DNA from: Rhizophagus irregularis
Taxonomy: Eukaryota
Direction: 5' to 3'
Length of the DNA stretch: 64,000 nucleotides
NCBI RefSeq assembly: GCF_026210795.1
Contig: NC_089435.1
Coordinates: 806,001 to 870,000 of the forward strand
Shown in pieces: positions 14,406 through 26,121 of this stretch. A program made the position numbers and the translations under genes. Below the pieces are notes generated by a model. That model did not search any database. It was given only the letters and a program-made list of their open reading frames with translations, and had not been told where the DNA came from. How positions within the stretch are numbered: position 1 is the stretch's first letter; each line of letters opens with the position of its first letter.

Positions 14406-15179
14406 ATAATGCATAATATAAATAAATATTGTACGGTACAGGCGATAAATAGAGTGATGATTAATGTGGTATAACCCAAATAAAGAATGGTCAATCCCGT
14501 TATTGAATTTCTAAATCACGTAAGTCACGTGAACCAAAGAACACCAAAATAACGACCGTCCCTACTTCAAACAATATGGCTCGCTTCGTTTTGATATAGT
14601 CCGCTCACAGCAACAGATAGCCAGATGGAACCGTTTGACTTGTAGTGTCATGCGATCTAATGAACATAGTTTGTTCCCTTAACCTAAAATTATTAACCAA
14701 CCGATCCTGATCCAGTTGATTTTAAACAATTACATCTGTCAACAAGACCAATACCGCTACGCTTAGATCGTTACATTAAGGCCAGTACTGATAAAGAAAA
14801 AGAGTTTCGCAAAAGAGAAAAAAATAGATTGCGTAGACTTCGGGCACGTAATAAAAAAAAGAAAAAACTACCGCTTTTACCAACTGGTCACGTGGCGATC
14901 CGCGTGTTTATTATCAAAAGTTTATTATCAAAGAACGTATATTTATTCCAACCAAACCGTTAATTACGATTAGGTACAACATGTTTAAACGTCAAACCAG
15001 CACCCCCTTTTAGACAAGTTCCTCCCCTTTACTTTCTATAGACGAGGCCACGCCCTCGCAATCAAATACAATTTTAATATTAACATAGACCAACATTCCC
15101 CATTTTATCTCTCTAATTTATTCATCGGGAATCAGAACACCATTAATTTACCATTAGCATTATCACACAATTTTAGCTC

Positions 15180-16295
15180 AAAAACTTCATTTTCTTTTTA
15201 CACCGATGGTTCACTCACCAAAAACAAAACAGTTCTGACAACACACAAATGGGATTCACCCACAATCTTCCAAGGATCAACCACGTTCAACCCGTCATCA
15301 AAACCAGAGCTAAAACGTACGCATTAACAACTTGCCCTCATTATCACTCCTCAATATCCATTTATACTGACTCGCAAAATGTCATTGACAACTTTTATAA
15401 AATCACCAATAAACTTCTCTCCATCAGACGTCTTTTGAAAATCAATAATCATAACGCCTGGCGACTTATCGACATAATAATAGAACTGAAATCTTTAAAA
15501 GTTTCTTTAAAGCTCGCTCAGACAACACATACAACGACCTTATATCCTGTCCAACCTGCAAACTCCACTCTCACCCTGACACCAACGAACATCTTTGCTT
15601 TTGCCTCAATCTTAGACCATTTATTAATCAAATATTACAGACACACAAAACTGTTCTGATCAACTTACTAATTAAATTTACACATAATCATAGACTAATC
15701 AAATTTATTCCGCAAAGCGTGAACTCATTTCAGTTTCTACTCACGACGTCTACCTGGTTTTACACTAATTGGTGCCTCAAAACTTAGTGAAACTAATCAA
15801 TTCCTACACCAACAAACACTCAGATGATTTTTGAATTCACCTCCTTACAACAAAGTTTATACCAGGAAATCTGGACCAAACGCAACAACAACCTACATAC
15901 TTGAGAACGCTCCCACAATATTACGAAACGCAAAAAAGACGATATAAATTCAGACATCGCAAACGCAACAACAACCAAAACACACATATTAATGACCAAT
16001 CGCTCAACGTTGCTGACACCGACTCGACGGTCCGCAGCAGCGTACAAAATCTATTCAAATTTTGCCGGATTTTCCGAAAGGTTTTTGAAAAATCCGGTAA
16101 AATTTTTTAAATCTTGAATGATTTCGGACATTTTACTGCAGATTTCGGTATTTTTCAGAAGATTTCCGTAATTTTTCTAAAAACTTTTTGTACGCTGGTC
16201 CGCAGTGTCATCCGGAATCACTCCAACCGCACCACGTGACAATACATGGATGATCCTTATTACGTCTAATTATTTACATTCAGGCGGATGGACAA
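15180..16295 (+). mobile_element. Relic of an RNase H-encoding (non-LTR-type) retroelement, 3' part
   Basis: FSFYTDGSL...RAKTYALTTCP...ISIYTDSQNVID...LLKINNHNAWRLI (RNase H motifs), then QEIWTKRN and terminal WMILITSNYLHSGGW; internal deletions and stops. Confidence 0.75.
16038..16197. mobile_element. 160-bp hAT-type MITE nested in the retroelement relic
   Basis: TIR CAGCGTACAAAA...TTTTGTACGCTG with perfect 8-bp TSD GTCCGCAG (16030-16037 and 16198-16205). Confidence 0.92.
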
Positions 16296-17791
16296 GATTG
16301 TCTATGGAGGACGCAGGTTCGATCCGTCCAGCCAATGGATGTTCTATGAATTATACTGCGTGAGCCTATACGAAGGTGTAGATCGTAGCCATTGTGGTAG
16401 GAAAGTGCGTAGATCATGATATCACCGACTTCGGTCACAACCGTGTTACCAACCAATGGTAGGTAGTCGACACCCAGGGGGAGCAATCCTATCCTGGGCT
16501 ACCAAATAATTAATTTACTTTGTTCCTTATCGGACGGGTTAGGGTTCAAATTGGTTCTTCTCAAACACAAGTGAGGGCCCGATCTTGATCTTTGATCATT
16601 TTTGGGTGGTAATTTCCTTCTATAGCGCTTCATTCTTTTCTTTTGAATTGTAACAGCCTCGATAGGCAATTTCCTGCTTGACATAAAATAAATAAATAAA
16701 TAATTTGCATACAGATTTTATTCAAGATAATAGACTTTTTTTACAATTTTTTTCTTTTTATTATTCTTTTTTTAATATACAGTAGATTCTTTATCTTCTT
16801 TTTTCTTACAATGCTGCTCATGCCTAGTGTTGTTTTTTATAAATATCAGGCAGGACGACTCTCGAGAGGGTTGAATTTATATTGGTATCGGTGTAGTATA
16901 GCAGTTTCTTTTGTAAGGGCTCTGCTCCCGAATTTGTATTGCTCCCGTCATTGTCTAAATTTTTAAAATAAAATAAAATAAAAAATAAATAACGAAAAAA
17001 CTCTCTCGTAATTTTTGGTACCAATAACCAACTTTTTTACCTGCGTGTCGTCGACAAAATATCAATATTTCAGTTTACACCAAATAACATTTTATTAAAC
17101 ACTTTTATAATATTTTTTACTAACTCCAAAAGACCAATATGATTCTGTGGGGTTTTTTTACGTTATCTATGTTTATTTTCTTCCCAGTGCGTTCTACTGA
17201 TGCTGCGACTATGTCACTGCCATCAGGTCTTTTCGAAGGATGGTTCTGTATGGGATATGCATTCTGCGTCAATTTTATATACCTAATATCATGTAATTAA
17301 TACCTTTGTAATTTTGTATTGTATCGGCAGATTGCTTGCCTTTCTTGAAATAAAAATAAATAAGTAAAATAAACGTAACAAAATAATGAAACAAACTGTA
17401 AAAAGAAAAGATTATGTAATTTGAAAATTTATACACAAGATTTGTACATTTATTATTGCAGAATATAAGTGAACAACTAGTGAGAATTTCTGTTATAACT
17501 TGATTTATATCAAATGAGATCATGTTCAAACAAATCCTCTAAAGTTGATTTATAGACAAATTACAGTTTAGTAAAGTAGTTGGTGCTTTAAATTAAGCAA
17601 TTATAACATTCAAATTAATTATATAAAAAACAATCCAATAAGAAACCATGGTTTAAAGTTAAACAAGTCGTATGCATGTTACAGTCGGTATCGTTATCTT
17701 ACTTTATATATATATGTTGGCCATGGTTATTTATACCCCAATTTTGTTATTCGTACCCCATGCCAGAATTAAGGAAAATTTTGCCAAGAGA

Positions 17792-18510
17792 TGGTCCAAG
17801 TTACCGACTCTTAACGGATAATATCCGTATATCCGGAATTCTGCATGCATCCGTTCAATGAATATCCGCGGATATAACGGATAACTCTAATGCGTAATAT
17901 AAAAAATATTGTACGGTACAGGCAATAAATAGAGTGATGATTAATGTAAAAACCCAAATAAAGAATGGTCAATCCCGTTATTGAATTTCTAAATCACGTG
18001 AGTCCCGTGAACCAAAAAACTTACCAGTTAACAAAATAACGAAACAAACTGTAAAAAGAGAAGATTACGTAATTTGAAATTTACATACAAGATTTGCATA
18101 TTTATTATTGCAGAATATAAGTGAACAAACTAATGAGAATTTCTGTTATAACTTGATTTATATCAAATGAATCTTCTAAAGTTGATTTTTAGACAAATTA
18201 TTAGTAGTTGGTGCTTCAAATCAAGCGATTATAAAATTCGAATTAATTATACAAAAAATAATCCACTGTTGATTAATAAGAAACCATGGCTTAAAGTTAA
18301 ACAAGTCACATGCGTGTCCTACTACATCATAACCCTATACGGTATCGTTGTCATACTTTATATTGTTTCTGTTATATTACAAAAATTATAAGATAAATAA
18401 ATAAATAATAAAGTGGAAGAAAAAAGAATTGCAAATTTGTTTATAAACAAGAATAATTATTTTATAAAAATATACATTTTTTTTTATTACGCAAAAAAAT
18501 TCAAAAAAAG
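17792..18510. repeat. Partial third copy of the kinase upstream unit (MITE right end plus flank)
   Basis: Matches ~21403-22200: MITE 3' end CGGATAACTCTA at 17889, ATGCGTAA TSD and downstream flank. Confidence 0.85.
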
Positions 18511-18759
18511 TGTATTTATCTATATATTATAAAAGTTTAAAATAGCTAATTTTTATGGTATTATATATTATGATATTACGTGATTTGTTATATAGATCAT
18601 AATTTAGTTTATTAAAAAAAGAAATTGTTTAATTTTATTAAATCATATATAACTTTTAAATAAAGTGAATTATTCAAATTACAAACTAAGAAACTTTGCA
18701 AATATTGCTACTCTAAACCTTAGTGTTTAAATAATTCTAAATAATAACAACAATAAAAT

Positions 18760-20947
18760 TTAATTTAATAGATAGTTAAGATCCATCTTACCTAAAAATT
18801 GGTTATTAAAGTTAATAATAATAATAGTAAGCAAGAAGATATTTTAAAAATATACTTACAGTCAGAAACTTTTAATTCATCTTGTTCTTCTGGATGAAAA
18901 TTGGGATTATATATTTCATCATCATCTAATTTTAGGATTAAAATAAAATTATAAGTATCTTATTTTATTACACATATAATTCTTAAATAATTTTTATAAT
19001 AACGAAATAAAATTTCTGAGATCTAGAAATAATTACCATTATCATTATTATCCAACTTTACTTTCTTGAGGTTAATAGTTAAATCATCTTGTCCTTCTAC
19101 TTTTAAGTAATAGAAAATTAATTATTTTACTTACTGCTGATAAATAATTCATAAAATAACTCATTACCGTTAAAATAAATTCTTTTATTAGATTCATCTT
19201 TTACTTCTTAAAAAAAAAAATAATAAACTATTAAATTATTTCAATTAAGAAATTTCAAAATTATGCATTAATTATACCTGTAATCATGTCATCTTGTAAA
19301 TCAAAGTCAAATTGTATACTATGATAATCTATAAAACAAATGTTATAAATACTATACTTTTCCATATATAATTTGTTTTGATAAATATTGATGATTACCT
19401 TCTTGTTCTTCTATTAAATAAATATAGATGACCAGTTATTATGATGTTAACTAATCTTGATAAATAAAATTTTTTACCTTTAGTTGCATTTCTTGGTTCA
19501 GGCAAATCTTTAAAATAATAAACTCTGCTACTAGAATTTCTAAAAAAGGAGTTAATAGAGTTAGTAGAACTAATACTAAAATTTGTATTTAATTGAAAGT
19601 TATCTATGCTTGTAATGTTATTTGTCTGTTGTTCTTCATTTTCATTAATAAGATATGATCTATATAAAGATCTTATTTCATCCCAAAGGTCAAAAATATC
19701 AGGTCTTTTTGTTGGGTCAGCATCCCAACATTGTTCCATTAGTTCTTTATATTTTAAAGGAGTTCCCGGTATTATTCTTGGCCTCATTCCATTTATTATT
19801 TTTAGTGCAAGATCATAATTATGTTTATAAACAAAAGGTGGTTGTCCGGATGAGATTTCCCACATAAGCATGCCAATACTATATACATCAGACGCAAAAG
19901 AATATTTCATTTTTACAATAACTTCGGGAGCTATATAAGGAAGATTTCCGTATATACTATTTAATGGTTTATCAGCTGGTCCACAAAATCCTAAATCACT
20001 TATACGAATATTTACATCATTAAACAATATATTTCCAGAATGCAAATCTCTGTGAATTGCTTTTTCTTTATGAATTCTAGATACACCATACAATATATGA
20101 TAAATAATATGAATTCTTCTTTTCCATGTAAGTTTATTATGATTTTGATGTAAATATTCTCTTAAATTATTATCCAATTCAAACATTACAAGCATATAAT
20201 TCCCATCTGATGGATCTTTTGTTATACCAAAGCATTCAACAATATAACTATATTTGTTACTTATAGATAAATGAGATTTACTCTATAAAAAAATAACGGA
20301 TATTATTATATAGTAATTATTTTAGTCACTTTTTCAAATAATTTTAAATTACATACCTCTTCAAACCAACTTTTATTAGCACTTTCAACATTTTCTAACT
20401 TTTTGAGTACTACATTATGTCCTCCATATCTTTTTAATTGGTTTTTTTTTGAATCCCATTCTTCATAACTTCCATCAATCCTGTATGCTGTATAAATTTC
20501 AGAACATCCACCTTTAGTTAAATATTCAATATTTTGTAATTTATCATATGGAATCCATTCTACTATTCTATTTGGTTTAAGTGTTTCCATTTGACATTGT
20601 TTTATTAAATTATCAATATCATTATTTCCAGATGTCCAGTTTGAAAATTTTGATTTTAAATAATTTCGAACACAATGTTCACAGTATAATGTAGCTAAGC
20701 ATTCATCATGACAATTTTCACAAATTCTTTTTATTCCTTCATTATCAAGAATTTTAAAATAGTCAAAATCTTTATTTAATAATTTTACTGCATATGATTT
20801 TTCATCTTTTGTAAGAGATTTGTCAGCAAGAATAGTTTGTTGCCTAAATTCAAATTGTTTGTCTAAGGTATCTTGAGTATTAAAATCTGTTAATGCATAT
20901 GCTCTATGATACGCAGCAAAAACTATGTCTTCTCGAATAGAAGTCAT
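18760..20947 (-). CDS. TKL protein kinase, copy 2 (tandem paralog)
   Basis: Same exon structure as copy 1, offset 7097 bp at the ATG; HRDLHSGN, DLG, YIAPE; 3' exons read NPNFHPEEQDELKVSD; the stop at 18760 depends on inferred micro-exon splicing. Confidence 0.85.
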
Positions 20948-21078
20948 AATGTGAGATAAACATAAATTTTTTTTATTAAAAATGAAAATTATGGATTAAC
21001 AAATTCCGGAGCGAGTAATTCTTGCTTTATTGCGCGATCTTTTTAATTAGACGAGTTAATTGTATCATTCATGCGTAA

Positions 21079-21506
21079 TAGAGTTTGTATCCGTTCATCT
21101 GGATATCAGATATCCGTTTATAGCTAATTTATCCAGATTTAATCCGTCCATCCGGATATCCGATTTTTGTGTTATCCGTTTATCCGGATATCCAATTATT
21201 TTTGCAGGCTAAATCAAGCCAAATTTATAATTCCGACCAGGATTATACCTTGGTAAGATGGTTATTTCCATTTTTATTAGCGATAGCCGTTCCATAAAAA
21301 TTACTTTTCTAAAAATCGAAATTTTCCTTTTTATGAGGTTGTGTAGCATATATTTCTAAAAAAGGAAATAATTTAGCATAATTCCGGCCGGCATTATAAA
21401 ATTGGTCCAAGTTACTCTTAGCGGATAATATCCGTATATCCGGAATTCTGCATGCATCCGTTCAATCTTGATATTCGAATATCCGCGGATATAACGGATA
21501 ACTCTA
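21079..21506. mobile_element. hAT-type MITE (copy 2), 428 bp
   Basis: TIR TAGAGTT(TG)TATCCG...CGGATAACTCTA; perfect 8-bp TSD ATGCGTAA at 21071-21078 and 21507-21514. Confidence 0.92.
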
Positions 21507-22349
21507 ATGCGTAATATAAAAAATATTGTACGGTACAGGCGATAAATAGTGTGATGATTAATGTAAAAACCCAAATAAAGAATGGTCAATCCCGTTATTG
21601 AATTTCTAAATCACGTGAGTCACGTGAACCAACCAAAGAACTTACCAGTTAACAAAATAACGAAACAAACTGTAAAAAGAGAAGATTACGTAATTTGAAA
21701 TTTACACACAAGATTTGTATATTTATTATTGCAGAATATAAGTGAACAAACTAATGAGAATTTCTGTTATAACTTGATTTATATCAATGAATCTTCTAAA
21801 GTTGATTTTTAGACAAATTAGTAGTTGGTGCTTCAAATCAAGCGATATATAACATTCGAATTAATTATACAAAAAATAATCCACTGTTGACTAATAAGAA
21901 ACCATGGCTTAAAGTTAAACAAGTCACATGCGTGTCCTACTACATCATAACCCTATACAGTATCGTTGTCATACTTTATATTGTTTCTGTTATATTACAA
22001 AAATTATAAAATAAATACTGAAAAAAGATTTGCAAATTTATTTATAAACAGAATAATTCTACATGTCACAGAATTAGTACTTAATAAATTCTAATTTTTT
22101 TTATAAAAAAGGTACGATCAAAAATTAAATTTTTTTCTGATATAAAATTTTATAAAAATATACATATATTTTTTTTTATTACGCAAAAAAATTCAAAAAT
22201 TATGAACAATCAAAACTGCGCCATATACCAAATCACGCGTACACTGAATCACGTGCCTAAGCTTTTTTTGACGTGGAAGATAAATTGTAATACCTACGCA
22301 ACATATGCTGCGTTGTATTCCGTTGTTACTACTACACCATAGCACTTAT

Positions 22350-23320
22350 TTGAGAAATAGTTGTTGGAGTAGATATAATAAAAACATGTTCGTAGCTCTG
22401 GAAGTTTAGATAATTCAAAAATGGTACTTTAGAATTTATGCATGAGGTATAACTTAATTATTAATTATTCTGATGTTTTATAATTAAGATAATCTTGCTA
22501 ATATATATTTAATATAGATTACATAGTACATAATAAAGGGAAAATAAACAATGCTTTTATTATTGGATTTTATAGAATAACTCAGGATTCAGAAACAAAA
22601 AATTATATGATAGTTTTAAATTATGCGAGAAATGGAAGTTTACGAAATTATTTAGATAAAGAATATAACAAATTAAATTGGAATAGAAAGATCGATTATA
22701 TTTATGATATTATAATTGGAACGTATTCATGAAAGGAATTAATTCATTGAGATTTACATATTGGAAATATATTAAAGCTTAAATATGATACTGCTATAAC
22801 TGATATGGGATTATGTAAACTCGCAAATTATATTGAATCAGAAAATAACATATTGTGTTTACCTTATATAGCTTCTAAAATTTTAAGAGGATAAAATTAT
22901 ACAAAGGCTGCCGATATTTATAGTTTTGGCATAATTATGTATGAAGTAATTTCTGGACTACTCTCATACATTTAAGCCATGATAAAAATTTAGTAATAAG
23001 AATATGTCAAGGGCTCAACTCAATTAATTGTATATTTCTTAAGAGATATTTAGATGCAAATCCACTAAATCGACCGATAGCAAGAGAAGTTAAAGATGCT
23101 ATAAACAAATGGAGATATGAACCAGTAGAATTGCAACCACAAAATTAAAGAAACAGAAATAAACAATTCATTAAATAACATCATTCCATCGACTAGTTTA
23201 GGATTATCATACAAAACATATTCGGAAGCAAGTACTGTAGATTGCTCGATTTTAAGAACCTTCTTGAACCAAAAAATTGTTGATTAATGATAATATAATA
23301 AGCACGAAATTTTCAGGTAT
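22350..23320 (+). pseudogene. TKL protein kinase pseudogene
   Basis: ITQDSETKNYMIVLNYARNGSLRNYL...IH*DLHIGNIL...ITDMGLCK...LPYIASKILRG*NYTKAADIYSFGIIMYEVISG, with stops and frameshifts. Confidence 0.9.
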
Positions 23321-24329
23321 TAATAATAATTTCATAATGAAAACAATTCTTAAAGATACTAATAAAATTTTTAATTAATTAAATGGAAACTTTATAATTT
23401 ATTATTTCTCAATTAAATACTAATTAAGATGTAATTTACACGATTAATAATTAATATTGATTTTTCTATGATTTAATATTAATTTATTTGTATTTTTTAA
23501 TGTTCAAATATCAAATTTAATAATACAAAAAACAGGTTGAACAAAAATCATAATTCAAAGGTAATTAACAACTAAACTTTAGTTGACGTTGCCGATATTG
23601 TTGTGATATTTATAGTATAATATTCTTGATATATCGTGAATTACGCTAAACAATTTAAATTTTATTGTATTTTTAAATTATTTACTTGATTAACTTGATT
23701 ATTTAATATTTTTGATATAATGAATATTGTTGATTTCGTTGTATATAATTTCCGACCTGACATAAAAGTTAAAACTAGTTAATATAAATGTAAAAAAATT
23801 AACTCTTACAAATAAAACAAGTAACACTTCAACAATGTTGTTATTTGAAATATCTTAACTAATGTGTTAATCCAAAATCTTTTTTATACTTGTGTAATAA
23901 AAAACGACTTTGCTAATTATTTCAATTTTAATTAAATAAACGTGCTTGTTTAACCCAATTTAGAGCTATCCAGAATCAATATCACAATTTAATCTAATTT
24001 ATTAAATTTATAAAACATGTTATAAACGTTATAAACGTTATCTCCTTACCTAAACTTATTCAAATTGACCTTTAACATAAAAATTCTTGTTCATTTTTAC
24101 GTAAATACAATATAAAAATTTCAATTTCTCTGATAATTTGTTAAGAGAAAAAAATTTTATATTGTTAATATAATATTTACTTATTTGAAAATAAAATAAA
24201 ATTGAATTGTATGTTTAGATTATCAGCAGATAAATATCATTCGACATTTATAATCTATATAATTAAAATATTTAGATTACCATGTATAAATTAATTTGAA
24301 TTGTGTAATGTGTAACAAATCGTTCTCTA

Positions 24330-24680
24330 TAAGTTAGAATATTATTTAAAATCACTCTTGATAAAAGAAGGAGTTTGATTAGACAAATTAATTCTTTTTA
24401 AATTAAGAATACTATAAAAAAATTAAAAGATAAATTCCAATCAAATTTTGTTGAATTCATTTTCTAATAAAAAAAATATATATATATATATTTATATATG
24501 ATATAATTCAGAAAAATAATGAGTGATTATCTTAAATGTATGAATTTGTCTTCTAGTATGTTTTGTTATTCTTTTCCTGCAATATGTATAATATGGTTTA
24601 AAAGCTATATACGCATTATTTTTAATTATCTTGAATAACCTAATAAAAAATCATCAAATTTTCTAATTAATTAATTTAAA
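24330..24680 (-). pseudogene. Degraded paralog of the 4020-4620 relic
   Basis: Shared nucleotide blocks with 4020-4620 in the same order. Confidence 0.35.
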
Positions 24681-25329
24681 AATCATTAATTTCGACGTCA
24701 CAAACAAAATTCTATAATAAATTTATAAATTTTGAAATATCATCACTCGCTCCACCTCATAATAATTTCCATTTTGTCATTAATAAAAACATTACATCCT
24801 ACTGATTCATATATGAATAATAAAATCTAAATTCATTTTTTTTACTCTTTCTCCTTTTTATTTAAAATTTTAACCATGTTCGGTAAAAAAAAATAATCAT
24901 TTTTTATTTTCTTTTTTTACGAAGTTGATTACTTACATACTAAAAAATTGTCATATTTTAGACAATTACTTACATACGGAATGATTCACCGATGGAATAC
25001 CGTGTCTATACATGTTATTCAGAAGAAAAGAATAAATGAGTTTATTTTCATCTCACGTATTCATGAACTATTCATGATAATACAACGATTATCATAATCT
25101 TGATGAATTTAATAAGTACCGTAATGTAAGTTAGTTAACATTTAGTTATTTGTATGTAAAAGATTTCCATCTTAATATATTCTATAGTTATGATAGTTCT
25201 TAAATTCTGCTTGTAACATTAAAAGAAGACTCTTATTTATAAAATAAGACGGCTTATACGCCGTATAAATAAGTGTGTACTCCAATGTTATAAATATGAC
25301 CATAAACTTAACAGGTACTATCAGGATAT

Positions 25330-25850
25330 CTTATCCCAATACGATATTTCTTAGGATATCTAAAGTTTTCCTGTCTCTTGATCATATGTCAATTACTCAG
25401 GATGAATTTCGTAGATTGTCCCAGATAGTCTATTAACCAGTAATTAACCTCCACCCAATTCCCAAATTTCGATCACCTCGGATTGCTCGGAATAATCTAA
25501 CACGCATACGACCTATCCTGTCTTTTATTCTTAACAGTGATAAGGCCAGTTGTTCTATCATATGTATGCCCATATTTGGTGGGATTACATAACGGTATGT
25601 ACTGCGTGGGATTAGCTACTGTCTTGCGCCTGTTGTTCCTTCCTCCGGTCGACATAACACCCTCAAAATAAATTTTTTCGGAAGGGGTAATCCAATTCAA
25701 TTAATCCGATTGAGGCTTTGCATGTTTAGTCTTGTCACTGGAGGTTTAAATTTCTTTTTAGGCCGATTTGAAACTTCTTGCATTTCTTCTTCAGATTCAT
25801 ATGAATCGGAAAAATTCCCACATTTTTCGCTAATTAGCAAGGGAACCATT
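25330..25850 (-). other. Disrupted GC-richer coding-like segment of unknown origin
   Basis: MVPLLISEKCGNFSDSYESEEEMQEVSNRPKKKFKPP... continuing in overlapping broken frames; no recognisable domain. Confidence 0.25.
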
Positions 25851-26121
25851 TCATTTATTATAATAAAAAACAAAGTATATATAAATTTGGATCGGAAAAT
25901 AATCTTGATTAAACAATCCTTCAACTCTTTTAAGTCTAATTGAAAGAGTTTGTATGCCGTACCAGTTAGCTATATTTGTATATAAAGAATAACTCACAGA
26001 GACATACAGCAGAATGAAAAGATTACATCCTTTATTGTTAGAATAAGAAACTTGCAAAATATTTTTGCGATAATTACACGTATATCTCTATAAAATATAA
26101 AAATACATTGACTTTTAAAAA

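Larger units (their letters stand above)
14556..17378. mobile_element. ~2.8 kb composite insertion in the upstream region of kinase copy 1
   Basis: Absent from copy 2, where taacaaaataacgaaacaaac is contiguous; flanked by caaaataacga (14545-14555) and caaaataatga (17379-17389). Confidence 0.7.

Noticed and set aside
14073..14494. ORFs spanning the MITE (also 21356-21589 and 17676-17861)
   Set aside because: Incidental frames in non-coding repeat DNA, not conserved between copies
14790..14900. Similarity of this K/R-rich fragment to 33460-33610
   Set aside because: Only low-complexity resemblance (KLPL...HV); not convincing without an alignment
16350..16415. Hammerhead ribozyme or group II intron domain V
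   Set aside because: CTGCGTGA and GAGCC...GAAA only loosely resemble the cores; required stems do not line up
19606..19867. Plus-strand ORFs overlapping kinase copy 2 (and 43029-43232 over the MerT-like gene)
   Set aside because: Antisense shadows of real genes
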